Shown here one piece after another: positions 11,659-25,071 of a DNA stretch of 64,000 nt. The position numbers were made by a program, and so were the translations under genes. The stretch is from the NCBI GenBank assembly GCA_009103225.1, contig RHPI01001715.1, positions 263,261-327,260 on the forward strand. The letters are read 5' to 3'. The notes beneath the pieces were generated by a model, which saw only the letters and a list, made by a program, of their open reading frames with translations, was not told where the DNA came from and searched no databases. Numbering within the stretch: the stretch's first letter is position 1; each line of letters starts with the position of its first letter. The DNA comes from Chlorokybus atmophyticus (taxonomy: Eukaryota > Plantae > Mesostigma and Chlorokybus algae).

Positions 11659-13751
11659 ATGGGCGGCGGGGGCGGCGTCAAGGACGATGATGATGATGAG
11701 GAGGAGGAGGAGGAGGAGGATGACCTCTATAGCCAGCTGTACGGCGACGCAGTGACGGACGTGCCTGCGGGGGTCGACGCCCAGCATGCGGAGGAGCCCC
11801 CGCATGCAGCGGCAGTGGCGGAGAAGGCGGCAGTCGAGGAGGAGCCTCCTCCTGCTGCTGCTGTCGCCACCGTTGCAATTGTGCAGCAGCAGGATGTGGC
11901 TCCCCTGAACCAGGAGGAAGAGGAGGAGGAGGAGGAGGACGACGACGACCTCAACATCCTGCTTGACGACAGGCCAGCCGTCGTCCCTCCACCTCCCAAA
12001 CGAGTAAGACATCATATCCAAAGCATTTATCAGGTTTACCCAAGCGCACTCACTTGACATTATCTAAGCCATCAATGTGTTTAGTTGAACCGCATCTGAA
12101 TCCACTTGGTTCAACTCTCAGTACAAAGCTTCACTATCTGCTCAGCTTCATTGCTTGCTTGATTTTTTGGCTGTTCCTCCTCGGACTTACAAATAAGGCG
12201 AGCGCAGTGATGATCATCGTCGTTGATGTTGACTGCGTTATCATGAGCATCATTACCAACTGTTCCTTTGCATCAAGCAGTGTTTACTTAGTGAAATATA
12301 TATGACGTGTTGGCATCTGAAGCACATACATCACTGCTGTGCCCTTGCGCAATCAGCGTGTTGGCACAGCTGTGGAGTCAGCGTGCGCGGCATTAACTCA
12401 TGCGTATCGTAGGCTCGCACAGAGCCCGATGGAGGCAGTGCAGGCGAAACTGGCGGGCAGGTTGTTGTTGGCGCCGACAATGACGCCAATGTCAACGAGG
12501 ATGATGAGGATGATGACGATCTGAACATCCTCCTCGATGGCGACACACCCGCCGCTCAGTACCAGCGCCAAGCCGCTGAGGTCAGTGCACATGGGTGGAT
12601 TTGTGGGGGGGTTTGCTACAGTTATGCTGTAGCACAAACCCGCTTAATTCAGTGTATGCGCATGATTGATTGAGTGGCTATGTTGCACATACACAGCAAC
12701 AGCAGCGGTATTTGCGGCCTGGCGCTGCGGGTGTTTCTTCTCTTCCTCCGCAGCAGCAGCCTTCAGCTCTGCCAGGATTGCGACCCGCTCAACCGCAACT
12801 GCAGCAGCAGCAGCAGCAGCAACAACAACAACAACAACAACAGGTGCGCCCTGCCACGCACGGCTCGTGGGCCCCGGCTGCTGCTGTTCCTCCAGGAGGC
12901 GCAGCAGAAGGAGGGGGAGGAAGAGCAGAGGGAGGAGGTGCTGCAGTGGCCGCGCCACAGCAAGTAGGCTGTCATGTACCAGAGTTGATCGGCATGCGTG
13001 GCTTCCTGTGCACGTTCATGTTTGTGCATGTGTCTGCATCCATACCTGTACAAGTGTGTGCGTGCGCGTGTGCTTGTGCGCCTGTGTGTAACATCAGAGA
13101 GGGTTGTGCGTCACACAGGATATCAAGAAGGTGTCGATAGCGGAGGCGTTCACCGGCGTGCGCAGCGTGCTTGAGGTGGACTTGGACACGGTGGAGGAGC
13201 AGCCATGGCGTCACCCTGCAGCGGACCCGAGCGACTACTTCAACTATGGTTTCAACGAGCAAACGTGGAAGGAGTACCAGCGCCTGCACCAGCAGAAGCG
13301 CCAAGAAGCTCTCCAGCGCGCAAGGACCCGATCAACCCCTAACCACAATTACAACAATAACAACAACAACAATCACCACTCCAATATGCGCAGAGGAGGC
13401 TTGGCAGGCCCGCATCGCGTGGGCACGCAGAACGGTGCCGAAGGCCACGTGCAGATCCTCACCACCACGCCCGAGGGTGGAGGCGAGTCTCAGGATGAAC
13501 GTGGTGGCAATGGCAGCCCCGTCAGTCCCGCGCACCATGACTGGCGCCCGCCCATGAGTGGGCACCAAAGAGGCTTCTTTCCACACCACCCTCACATGGG
13601 ACCCGTCGGCCCCATGGGACCCGGCTTTCCGGGACCTTTCTTCCCGGGACCCGGGCCCTTCTTCGGGCCCGGCCTCCCGCCCGGCATGCATCCCAATGCG
13701 TGGATGCCCAACGGGGTACGTGGTTTTGGGCTCTTCACATGCGAGCTATGA
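11659..13751 (+). CDS. FIP1: Pre-mRNA 3'-end processing factor FIP1-like; at least 4 exons, 3' end uncertain
   Basis: Acidic N-terminus ([10 protein letters not shown]; [10 protein letters not shown] twice), a poly-Q region and the Fip1 motif [35 protein letters not shown] at ~13170-13280, followed by a Pro/Gly-rich tail. Confidence 0.9.
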
Positions 13752-14960
13752 TTCGCATTTGTTGTTGCCTGCTTATGTGCTGATGCAATACGTTGGGCTT
13801 CCAGGGTATGCATTGGAGGGGTGGTGATGGCAGTGGCTGGAGGGATCGGTAGCAGCAATGTGGTGTGCATGTATTTAGCGCTGCGCGTGTTGTGGTGTGT
13901 TACTGCTGCATGCGTCCAGGCTGTGTATAGGCTACTCTAAAATAACGGCTGCGCCAAGCACTGACCGACAGGGATCTCCATCGTAAGGTTGGGAGCGGTG
14001 CAGTTTTGCCAAGTATCATGCTAAGATGCTAAAGGTATACAAGGGATTTACATCTTTCCGGGCCGCTAGATGTGGCTCTGTGCATGCACATGTGGTCAAC
14101 TTAGATGACCAACAATCAAGACAGCATGGCACCCCGCTGCGTGCGCAGCTGTATCAGATCACAGGCAAATCAGTATAATGCACAGCAGGTGCCGGTCTTG
14201 CACAAAGTGCCATGCAGTAAGTTGGTGCAAGCGCGGTGAGGATTGCTGCATAGTCCAGCTATGATTACTCGATGATGTGCGCAGACAACCGCGTTGGATG
14301 ACCACACAAGTGATTCACAGTCAATCGTTTGCACAACTTACTCACTGTACAGGGTACATTACAGGGGCCCCATTGCACGAAGACACAGGCACAGGCACAG
14401 CACTAGGCAAAACTGCATACACACCAATCGCAACATGGTTGCACCTGCGACCTAATGCCCAAAGCAAGCATGCGGTTGTGTGCATGGATGACTGCTGCGT
14501 CCATTTAGCCAGCAACCGAACCCAACATGATGACTACCGCATCACGCAACCACAAAGCACAAAGCAGCACAACTCACAGAGCTGGCCTGGAGAACAATAC
14601 AACAAAACAACTGCTGCTGGCACAAGGCGCACCACACAATCAGCGTGACTTCTCTCTGTATACACAAGGTTTGGTGTGCATGTGCGTGTGGATGCCTACA
14701 CCCACACCACAACACAGGCGTCAACTGAGGCGCTACCAACTTTGGCGCTACTGCTACGCTGCATCTACAACCTCCAGTGCTAACTGGCAATTGGACAGGG
14801 GAGGAATGTATAAGTACAAGTTTGTTCTTTTCGCTTTTCTACTCAATGGGTGGAGTGAGCATAACTTCATGCTTGGCTTCTTCCTGTACAAATGAGCGAG
14901 CACAGAGCGACTTCACCCAGCGAGGCTTCAATATGGCTGCCTTCCTTGCTGGCTTTCAGC

Positions 14961-15518
14961 TCAGTGCTGGGAGCGGAAGCGAGGCTGGTGCACGCGGCAG
15001 GCCAGGCCAGGGCGGCGGACGCCTCTGCCGTCATTGCTGTTGTTATTGTTGCGGGGGGAAGTGGGGCTGGGGCTGTTGTTGTTGCCGTTGACGCCGCCGG
15101 GGCTGCTTCGCCTGCTTGAGCGAAGCAGGAGGGTCCTCAACTCCTTGGCCCTGTCGCTGTCCTGGGGCTGGAGCAGCCCACCACCGGCAGAGGGGGCGAG
15201 CAAGGCGGGGAGATCGTCAAGAGCGAGGAGCTCCTCGGCCTCCTCGGCGGTGAGCTCAGCGTCAGAGTCAGCGTCAGGGTCCGCCGCCGTAGGCGCACCA
15301 GCAGCCACGTCACCCTCCTCGGCCAGCAGCCACTGCTTCATCCACCGCTGCGTGAAGGCCGGATCGCCGCTCTCCACCTTCGCCCACCACTCGGAGCTGA
15401 AGTCCTCCACGTCCTTGTCGCCCTCCTTGTCTTGGACGTTGTCCTGCTTGGTGTCCACCTCAGCTGCAGCAGCAGCAGGAGGAGTCCATTCCTTGGCCTC
15501 AGCCCTCAACATACCCAT
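14961..15518 (-). CDS. ERD15: ERD15/CID1-like PABP-interacting (PAM2) protein; single exon, 185 aa
   Basis: PAM2-like LRAEAKEWTP, then VEDFSSEWWAKV...FTQRW and a C-terminal HQPR motif, all typical of the plant ERD15 family. Confidence 0.8.
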   Translation of the reverse strand: MGMLRAEAKEWTPPAAAAAEVDTKQDNVQDKEGDKDVEDFSSEWWAKVESGDPAFTQRWMKQWLLAEEGDVAAGAPTAADPDADSDAELTAEEAEELLALDDLPALLAPSAGGGLLQPQDSDRAKELRTLLLRSSRRSSPGGVNGNNNSPSPTSPRNNNNSNDGRGVRRPGLACRVHQPRFRSQH

Positions 15519-17943
15519 GCTGTGCTGGCCTGCTCCTCCTCGTCCTGCACCCTGTAAGTCCTTCGTCCTCCCCCTCCTGGACAACAATGTCGCCGACGCC
15601 GCTGCCAATGCCGCCACCGCCCAGGCCAATTGTCCCGTAAATACGTACACGCAACGTCCAATGCAATAATTATAGGGAGTATTGGCGCTGCGCAACAGCC
15701 TTTGTTTTGTCGCTATGTGAGCAATGGACCACATTTTTGTCTTGCCTTGTCAGCGCCACATCAGCTCTGGAGCCGGTGCCGATTGGGGAAGGTGATCGGG
15801 TTCGGAATGCCGCTTCAGCAATACAAAGGCTGCTTGCTTTGCATGAAGGACTGAAGAGGCGATGCAGCCAAATTCGCGTCACACATGTTGGCTTCATTGC
15901 ATTCGGTTCAGTAACCAACAGCCATTGTATATATGACCCTCGGTACCATATCATGATATGTCAACTTTGATGCGCTTTACGTCCATTTTCGAATATTGTG
16001 CGAACCTTTTTGTTGCACAGTATTGGTGGCGAGCATTAATGTGCATATATCGAGGTTTGCTTTCTTCGGTCCAAGCACAAAGTGCTTACACTGTGCATTC
16101 CCGTGTTGCATGCACATCGTGCCAATTGTAATTGAACTTGTATGCACAATATGGTTGTTATGCTTGTGCTTGGATTGAGTGTGCATTGTTTACTTATGGT
16201 AATGGCGATGTTGCGTGCATAATGTGCATATGTATATATGTCTAAGTTGTGCATAATGAGGTTGTGCATACACAGACATTAGACTGTACCACTTGTTGCG
16301 TAAATCTGTTGCTCTTGCTAACATTTTGCCTTCTTGCATGCATGCTTTGCCTCCGCTTTGTTACATGCATGCCAATACCGAGAGCATTCAATCAGGCTCA
16401 ACATACCTTCACGCTTTACTTTATGAAATTTGCGTCATGATGTGTGTGCTACATGACTATTTTTCTTGAATCTTTAGTGGACAGCTTATGTATATGATTA
16501 CAATAAAAGGGTTTTTACGCGTAGGTCAATTTATTACTTATTACTACTTCCTTTCAGCGTAACTGGTACGACGATATAGTAATTTATTATGCGAAGTTGT
16601 ATCTCAATCACGGTAAATAAGTGTAAGATTGCGTTATGTAGGCAACCTTTAGATATCATAACAGGTGTCTCGTTGTATACCTTTGTACGAATCATGCTTC
16701 AGATCACGTAACGATATCAAACAGATGCATATATGTAATACTTTTTTAAATGTTTATGCATTGAGTTCGTGAACTAATGGAGTAGTGCGGATAATATACA
16801 TGATTGTTATAAATTTAACAAGTATACTGTATGTACACATTATGTGCAAATTGTTAAGATATTACCCCTTTTTTGGTACGCATTTTATCATCATGTACAG
16901 ATTAATAGTATCAAGCTGTAACCGTTACAATATTAACCAATTATCATGCTGCGGATATCTATATGTGTGGAAGCCTTTTTTGAGGGTTTCATTACAATTT
17001 TGGTACGCCAGCGTAGCCCACAATATGTAGGTTTCACTCTATAGGGTGCAAGGCTTGCACCTTCCCATGCAAAGTTGGCATGCTTCAATCGAAGCCGCTC
17101 CACTTGTACCTGACTTATTTAAAATGACTTTATGCTTTTATGTGACATGAGCGCTTTAAAATGCACTTAGAAACTTGAAACGCATGCTTACAAGCCAGGC
17201 AGAGACATCTGCAGAAACAAACAAGATCTTTGGCGCTGGAATCCAACACTGCCACCCACAGCATTGCGACCGTCCGATCTGGATGGAACCCACCATTGCG
17301 ATCGCCACAACGGTCGAATCAATCATCTGAAAGGCTTGTTTTCACTGGTGTGGTGAAACTTTCATCACACGGGAAACTATTTCGTAAATTGGTAAATCCT
17401 GACAGTCAGTCTTGCTTGCGACCCAGCGGCCCTGCAGTAAGTTCACACTTTTATTTCTACTGTGAAGTCATTACTTTTGTGTGCCTGTCATGTCATCCTG
17501 CAGGGTGTGACCGCTGGCGTCTCCGCCGTCGTAGCCGTTGTTGCCGCCGCCGCCGCCGTCATTGTCGTCGTCGCCGCCGAGTGAGCAGGTGCGTTTGTGT
17601 GCGGCGTCTCTATCACGGAAGATACGCACGCTGCTGCCCATCTCTGTCGACGCATGCTGGCTCTGTGCTGAGGCTAGGGCTGAGCGCTGACTTGGCCTGG
17701 CCCCAAGACCTGGCCTGGTCTGGTGTAATGACTGGTCCTAGCTTGGTCCGTCGGAAGTCCGTCAGTCTGTGGCGCAGATGCGTCAAGCTGGTAGCATGCG
17801 TTCAGGGTAGCATGCATGCAGGGTTAGGGTTGCAAACGCGCACACTACCACACTTATGTTCTTGAGCTAGGGTTTGCCATAATGCCAGTTGTTGTTTACA
17901 GGCTTTGCAGGCGCGGGCTGCGTGGATAGTAAAGGCGCTTCTA

Positions 17944-19111
17944 ATGGCGCAGTCCGGTACGCCCACCACACACGTCTCAGCCAACAGGGGCGGCTTGAAA
18001 CCTTACCTGGTAGGCAACAAGACATGGCGAGACACATTGACATGATGCTGCAAGCGAAAAACAGCAACACACCGATTCGCTTTTTCTCTCTCACTTGCTC
18101 GCACATTGCAAGGAAGTTGTCATGTGGTTGAGCTGAATGGCCAGATGTTTGCAGTGCAATTTTTGTCCAAGCCAGTGCATGTTTGTGTTGTGGTCTTTGT
18201 TCAGTGCAACATGCATGCATACATGTAATATTTAGCGGACATGCACCAACATCTCTCTCTCTTGCAGCCTTACATAGCGGGTGGGGCGCTTGCTCTCGCT
18301 GCCGCTGTGGTCATTAAAAACTCGAAGAAGGTGGAGGGAGGCCCGAAGGAGACCGTTGCAATCCCAGCCAAGGCCGTGTCGCACGGGCTTGAGGGCTCTG
18401 CGCGCGAGGTTGTTGCAACGCAGCCATCAGAGGTCACATACAAGGTACACACGGCCACGCTCCTCATGTTGAACTGTCTTCATTACACCAGACTCATCTT
18501 GTGGTGCATTTCTGTCTTATTCTGGTGTTGTGGTCTTGATGCGTTGTGGTAGTTGGTAGTTGTGTAATCAAAGCAGTTGGGTGTGTGTCATGTTGGGGTC
18601 TGGCACCCTTGCAGCGTCTCTCTCGTCACTGCACAGCCTGTATGTCCATGGAAGCCAGCAAAGGGCATGCCCTGAGCAAGCCTGCATGTGTAGTGTATTC
18701 TGATTCTTGTATGGCTGGCAACAAACATGCACGTGTGCGTGTTTGTCACCAGCTGCTGAGCATTTGTGTCCCATCCAGTTGCCAACTTTTCTGCTGCTTG
18801 CACCAACGCACTAACTTTGCTTGCTGTTTGCACACTTGCAGATGCAAAAGGGAGACACCCTCTTTGATGTTGTGTACCGCAAGGTATGTGCGCGGGGTTA
18901 ACTTGAGTACAGTGCAACTCGCCAGTTCATATCTCGCTGCCTGTTTCTTGCTGCATATGCTGACTGGCACACGTGCACGCAGTACAAAGTCAACTCGACC
19001 TCAGTTACAAAGGTCGCCACCCTCAACAACATTCAGGATGTCAACAACGTGCCACCGGGTACCGACGTGATCATCCCTGTTGGCGGCAAAGTCAACCACA
19101 GAAGCAGCTGA
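17944..19111 (+). CDS. Small membrane-anchored LysM-domain protein; 4 coding exons, start tentative
   Basis: Hydrophobic segment YIAGGALALAAAVVI. The spliced LysM domain reads TYK|MQKGDTLFDVVYRK|YKVNSTSVTKVATLNNIQDVNNVPPGTDVIIP. Exons ~17944-18009, 18269-18444, 18842-18883, 18982-19111. Confidence 0.75.
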
Positions 19112-19908
19112 GGCGCTAGCTAGTGTGACTGAACACACCGTGCCTTGTTTTTAAGGCCACCCACCTGATCCCATGTTTATGTTAGATCAACATCGCATGT
19201 AGTATACTTAGAGATTGGAAACAGCGCCCCACTGTGGCTGCTTGATATATCAATACATGACATAGCCCATGATGCCTTGCATGTGGAGAGTCTGCGCTGG
19301 GGATCTTTTTATTATCACTCAAGGCGGCTTTGCCAGCATGTTTGATGAGTAGCTGTTGCCTCAGAATGACATGTCGGATTACTACTAGTTGTCAACATGT
19401 GTTTCTAAGCAACTTTGTTCACTAGGGCAACATTATACAGTTATACCAGGAAAGGCCCGGTACAAATACAATCAGTGTAACACTACATTGACACCTAGTG
19501 AGTTGGCTTGTTTTGTGTAATAGTGCGGTGGTCATGCAGAGTGCCGAGTCAGCGATGGTGTTGTGTAATTTTATGGGGAACTGTGGGGCCAATGCAAGCA
19601 TCGCAACCGCAGTACAGACACGCAACAGTCTCTTGGACAAGTGAATGTGGTAAATAGGTGGTGTAGTGGCATGTCTGGCTTGCCATGTATGTTGCCGCAA
19701 CCTTTACATGCGCATATTTCATAAAATCAGCACACCCTGCCAATTTTACACGGAAGGGGGGCAATGTTATCCTAAAACACAACAGTACTGTGCTCTGAAC
19801 GTAGAAAGGAGCAGGAGACCAGCTATTGTACGTATTGCTATACATGGAACTAAGAGTTACCGGTAGTATGTACAACACACGCAAAACAGAACAAAACACA
19901 AGTGCGAC

Positions 19909-21987
19909 TTAGCCAACAAGGAAGCCCACCAGGATGCCAAAGAGGGCGCCCGCGAGCACCTCGGACTTCTTGTGCCCGATCGTCTCCTTGAGCGGGTATT
20001 TGGGCAGCGTGACGGTGAAGTTGCCCTGCGTGACCTGCACAGCGTCCTCGGCAACGGGGCTTTCGCCCGTGTCGGGCGTCCCGAGACAATCCGTCACCGC
20101 GGCCTCGAGAGCTATGCGCTCCCTCGCCGTGGCCACGCCGCCCGCCTTTCGTTGTTGTTGTTGTGACTGTGTACTGTTGCTCTGCTGCGATGCGGACGTG
20201 TACCCGCTTACGCTTGGCATGGAGTCGTCGACGGGGCTCAACGCCAACATCGCAGACGTTGATGAAGATGTTGAAGCACCATTACCGTTGAAGCAAGCAT
20301 ATCGGGACGGATCAGCTATCGCCGCTGATGCCATTGAAACCTTTGCAGGTATGAAGCAAAGCGGGTGAGCAGTGCTTGGTTGTGAGTGATACCCGTAGGC
20401 TTGGGAGGCAATTGCACTAAAATCCTACCTGGTTCAGTTTTCTGGCCTCAAGTGCGAGAGTGGAGCGCAAAGGGATCGGTTCGGGCAGAGCTGCTTGCAG
20501 ATCGGCCAAGTCCGCAATGATCCTGTTCAGCTCGCCGGCATGGATGCCGGCTTGCTTGCGCACGCCCTGTGTGACACCGGATGGTAACTTGTTTGGACCA
20601 ACATACAATCAACTTGCGTACTAGTACTGTTGCTATCTCATCTCGTGTGAGCGCATACCTGAGCGTCGTACATCACTATGCAAGCCAGCACAATGCAGAC
20701 GGCGCATAGTGGGTCGTCCCAACCCCTGTGCCATGATACAAGCAAGGTTAGTGTAACACAACATTGTAGAACCACGAGAATCAGCAGACATCCCAGTGCA
20801 CAGCTTGCATAGGCGCACGCGATACACGCGCCCACACAAGCAGAGCGCGCGCATGCACAGATAACAACACACCGACACACTTTGCATACGCGTATGTACG
20901 CACGCGCGCATACACCTTGCACGCAAGCATGCACACAGACATGTACGCTCACGTACCTTTCTAAGCCTGTTGCAGTGGCCAAGGCAGTGATTGCCTGCAC
21001 AGACAGCATGCAAGCTCACAAGACTTAGTCATCTCCAGTCAGTCAAAATCGTCAGTCAACCCAATGCTTACCGCTGAATGTGATGACGGCATGCCTCCCG
21101 ATCGAAACGCCTCTTTGATGGTGAACTTGCGGAATTGCTTCGTAACGGCAGCGGTTGTGAAAGGCTTGGCCGCCTGCGCCAGCACGCAAGCGACGGCTGC
21201 AGTCCATAACGCCTGTGCCACATCCACCGTACACAAACTCACAACATGCGTACAAGAACCACCCAACCAAAGCAAAAGCTGCAACTACAGTTAACTGTGT
21301 CGCAGAACCAGTAAACAGAAGGACAACTGATCACGTTGCTCCTGGCAATAAATGGCAATGCAGTTCGTGTTCAAAATTGCAAAATGCAAAGCTTTGCATG
21401 TCCCTCATGCAGTGAGACGCTGCTAAAGCAGTTGCTTTCAACCCAATGCGTCTGACTGCGCGTGGGCGAAACAGCTGAGTGCATTGCTTCTAAACAAACC
21501 AATCAGCCTTGTACCTGGTAGTTTGAACATGGGAGCAAGTATTTACTGCATTCGCAGTGACACTAGTGGCCTTCGACGTCTTCAGCCAAAGTGCACATAT
21601 TGGCTGTAGACCAAGCATGCATTCATACCAGCTGAGCTTTTAGCAAAAATCACTTCTTGGATGAAAGCTGCTCAGCGTCAATGAAAGAGCCGTGGAGAGT
21701 AATGCCAACGACAAAACCTACTCACGACCTCTACCATTGCGATATGTGGCCTCCTTCCCTGCATGTGCTCACCAGGTGGGCCCCACCTTGTTATCTAAAA
21801 GAGTGCCAGCAGCAGCATGCACCTCCAGGCCACAGCGCACACCACCACCAGCAGGGGGAGGCGTGCTCCGCCTGCTCGGTGCTCGCAATGCGGCTTTCAG
21901 CGAAGGCGTAAACGTCGGCGAGCGTAGCACAGACCTTTCTTCCATCCGTGCTACAGCGCCCGCCGCCGCTATCGCCACCACCGCCAT
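19909..21987 (-). CDS. DUF212 / divergent PAP2 (acid phosphatase/vanadium haloperoxidase-related) protein, probably plastid-targeted; 6 exons
   Basis: Motifs AQAAKPF, SGGMPSSHSA, AITALATATGLE, IVMYDAQ|GVRKQAG...ELNRI and LKETIGHKKSEVLAGALFG, with a transit-peptide-like first exon. Confidence 0.9.
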
Positions 21988-23654
21988 GACTGCCACGTGT
22001 CACGTCCTCCTCGCAGGCTGAGCTGGCCTTCATCACCACTCTGGTCTGTAGCTGAGCTGAGGGCGGAACGCAGCGCGTGTGCGCCGTCGATCATGCAATG
22101 GAGCCAAATCGACGGTCTGGAAAAGCCGGGAATGAATGAGTTTCATGTTACGAAGGGAGCTGGGGCTGGGGAAGAGTTCTAGAAAACTGGCCCTGATCAG
22201 CAATGGCACTTTGCACTTCCAAGGTTAGAGTGCTACTCACAGCTCAATTCTGTGCTCATGTCAAAATCACTTGAAGATGTCAAAGTTGTGCTTTTATCAT
22301 ATATCATATATCATGAGAGCCTTGACCCACGATTATCATAATCATGGTTCAGTTTTTACATATATTTATATACTTTCGTGTATGTGTGGCCATCAACAGT
22401 TATTGGTAAATGACAATAAGTAATGCTTAATAATGTTATGTGTTTCATAAAAGAGTTGACTCGCTCTGTGTAAGGGGTGCTGAGCTTAGCTATAATAAAG
22501 GCCTTCCTTATACAAGAGGTTGTTGCTTGCAGTTTGCTACTGTCCAGCGGGAGGGCTGCTTTTTGGCAAACGAGACTAGCGTAGCTTTTACTTTTCTTTA
22601 TTGGATCCCTTGCGCATTCCGCCCTTTATGCATGCGCATTATTCATCTTGTCTTACACATGTGCATTGCCTTTGATAGATATTAAAAACAATTAATATGA
22701 TGCTCAATTGCATTCAGCAAAAGCAAATTGTGTGTAAGATTTTGTCAGATATATGTTGTATGTTAGCAGCCTGCTCAACATGTTAAATCAGTCCTTTCTT
22801 ATGTGCGTTGGTTATTCACTTGACAATCACATTACAGCATCTTCGCCATCAGGGTTATGAAAACATTGCTGACATGTTGAAAGTTAGATACCTCATGTAC
22901 ATACACATATGTACTATAGTCATTCGGCTGTTCACCATGTTTGATGACGCAGTAACTATAGCGTGTAATCAATTAGCGTGAAATGGTTGACTGGATCAGT
23001 TAGAACGAGGGTAAGTAGTGGCGGCATGTGTTTGGGGTATGGGGCCTGCCCCGACCTCGTATCGCGAAAAACGCGGCCGTTTTAATCACTAATCATGCTG
23101 CAATTGCACTGAATCCCTAGCGGTTTTAGTTCGCCGTTGGTAAGCAGTTGCCGCTGAGATAGTTTTCAGCATCTTTTACGCGTTCTTGCAATGATTGGCC
23201 ATTTCGCTGCCTTTTTCGGCAACGGCTGTTGTCACCGTTGCGATCCCATTTGATCAATCTCATGCGTGACCAAATGGTGGCCTAACGATGCGATTTTTCG
23301 TTTACTTGAATCTTAACATTAAGGTAATTCAGGTTAGCATTATTTTTACATTTGTGACCTCGGCATTGCTCACTGAATTTCGCAGCACGTACCGTGGCGT
23401 AAACGTTACGTTGGATTGAGTTTTGTAACACTTAACTGCAAGCTGCTAGCCATATTGCACTATATTGCAGCATATTCATCAATGTTATTAATGTAACACA
23501 TCAAAATGATTAACATGCAGCCATAAGCGGCCACGTATGCAGAACTGTGCTTAATTTTACATTTATTGGCATGCGCTTGACCCATTGGATGTCCTGTGGA
23601 CGGCCAGGATCGTGTTTAAGCAGAATCAACGGTGTAAGGCTTGTTCTCGCCGCC

Positions 23655-23779
23655 TAGCCAATGAGAAGCAGGCGGGCCGCACAAACTGCCGCGCAGCCCG
23701 GCAGTCGCGGGTGCCGTGTGATGGCCCTAGCGCGGGATGTGTGATGTAGGTTGAATGCCGACAGGCCGGCCGGCCCAAT
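23655..23779. repeat. GC-rich imperfect direct repeat, copy 1 (copy 2 at 25072-25209)
   Basis: Both copies read TAGCCAATGAGA(A/G)GCAGGCGGGC...GGTGCCGTGTG(TG)ATGGCCCT...AATGCCG...GCCGGCCCAAT. Confidence 0.85.
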
Positions 23780-23780
23780 A

Positions 23781-24588
23781 GGCGTGATGGGCGTAATGAA
23801 TCTGCGCTTATAGCATGTATATATGCTCTTAACGTTCCAGAGCATCTGATGCTCTTGGTCGCCAAGAGCATACGATTTTTGAGGATAACAGTATGCTCTT
23901 ACAAAAGGGTAGACTATATAGTCTACCCTCGTTGAAAGACTTCGGTTTATACGAATAACCCCGTTGAGATCATAGATGTGCAAAAGACCAATGGTTTTAC
24001 AGGCACATATCATCGGTTAGTGGAATAGTTGTGTACGCTATAAGACTACAACGGAGGGTTAAAATTTTGTGTGAGCTCAGTCTTGTTACGGGGGAATACC
24101 TCGTTAATGACATGTTTATTTTAATATTATAAGCATCAACATATAACAAGACTCATATATAGTTACGTACATAATTAATTTATTGTCGACTATTATTAAT
24201 TCTATTTATGCCACGTTAAAACATAGTAACGTGGATTACGGTTATTTTGCAATACCCCCGTTAGTAAAATATATATTATGCAAAAAATAAAAAAGTACAT
24301 ATTATTGTAAACGCCAAGAGAATAACCCCGTTGATGGAATGAAAGTTGAAAGATACACGTGATTTTTATAGCGGAGGTAGACTGTACAGTTAAGGTACAT
24401 AGTGGTACGTACCTAATTACATTAAAACATTTATTGTACAGTCTACCCCTTTTAAGAGCATACTGTTTGTTTTCAAAGATAGTTTGCTTCTGGCGGGGTT
24501 ATGCTCTTGGCGATAAAGAGCATAATATGCTCTTAAGCATTAAGAGCATCTGTATGCTATAAAGCGGTTTAATACGCCCATCACGCCC
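23781..24588. mobile_element. Foldback/MITE-like non-coding element with ~145-bp imperfect inverted arms
   Basis: Left arm 23781-~23925 (GGCGTGATGGGCGTA...CAGTATGCTCTTACAAAAGGGTAGAC) is the reverse complement of right arm ~24440-24588, with indels. The interior is AT-rich. No TSD found. Confidence 0.6.
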
Positions 24589-25071
24589 ATTACATCACGC
24601 GCATTACGTCACGTATTATGCCATCACGCTCATTACGCTAATTACGCGTGACACTGTACCCATCACGCCTTGTCTATCACACTCATTACGCCTGATAACA
24701 CACCCGTCACGCGATCCTCCCTCAATGTTAAGAATATGCACACCTATTTGAAAAAATGGCATAAAAATTACTATGCTCTTCGCGGTTAGTCATATTCTCT
24801 TAAGCACTCACATTTGCCTGTAGCATCGTTGGTGATCTTAAATCGTATGCTACAAGCGGGGTTATTCTCTTGGAGCAAAGTCTTTTAGCGGGGGTGGACT
24901 GTACAACGCACACATGACGCATATGTGCACCGTGCATGTTGTGCTCAAAATGAATGGATTCTTTTATTCACTCACATATACTTTGTGCAATTGCACGATA
25001 TGGGGATGTGCTTTGGAAGGTTGAGATTTGTTTAACACAAATCGAATGGCTGATAGCTGATAAACGTCGCA

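Noticed and set aside
15034-15669. 211-aa plus-strand ORF
   Set aside because: Antisense shadow of the ERD15-like CDS.
17820-17876. Telomere-like TTAGGG/TAGGGTTT words
   Set aside because: Only isolated copies, not an array.
23781-24900. Short palindromic repeats resembling a CRISPR array
   Set aside because: The motifs are 7-22 bp, occur in both orientations, are irregularly spaced and form inverted arms. There are no cas genes and the context is eukaryotic.
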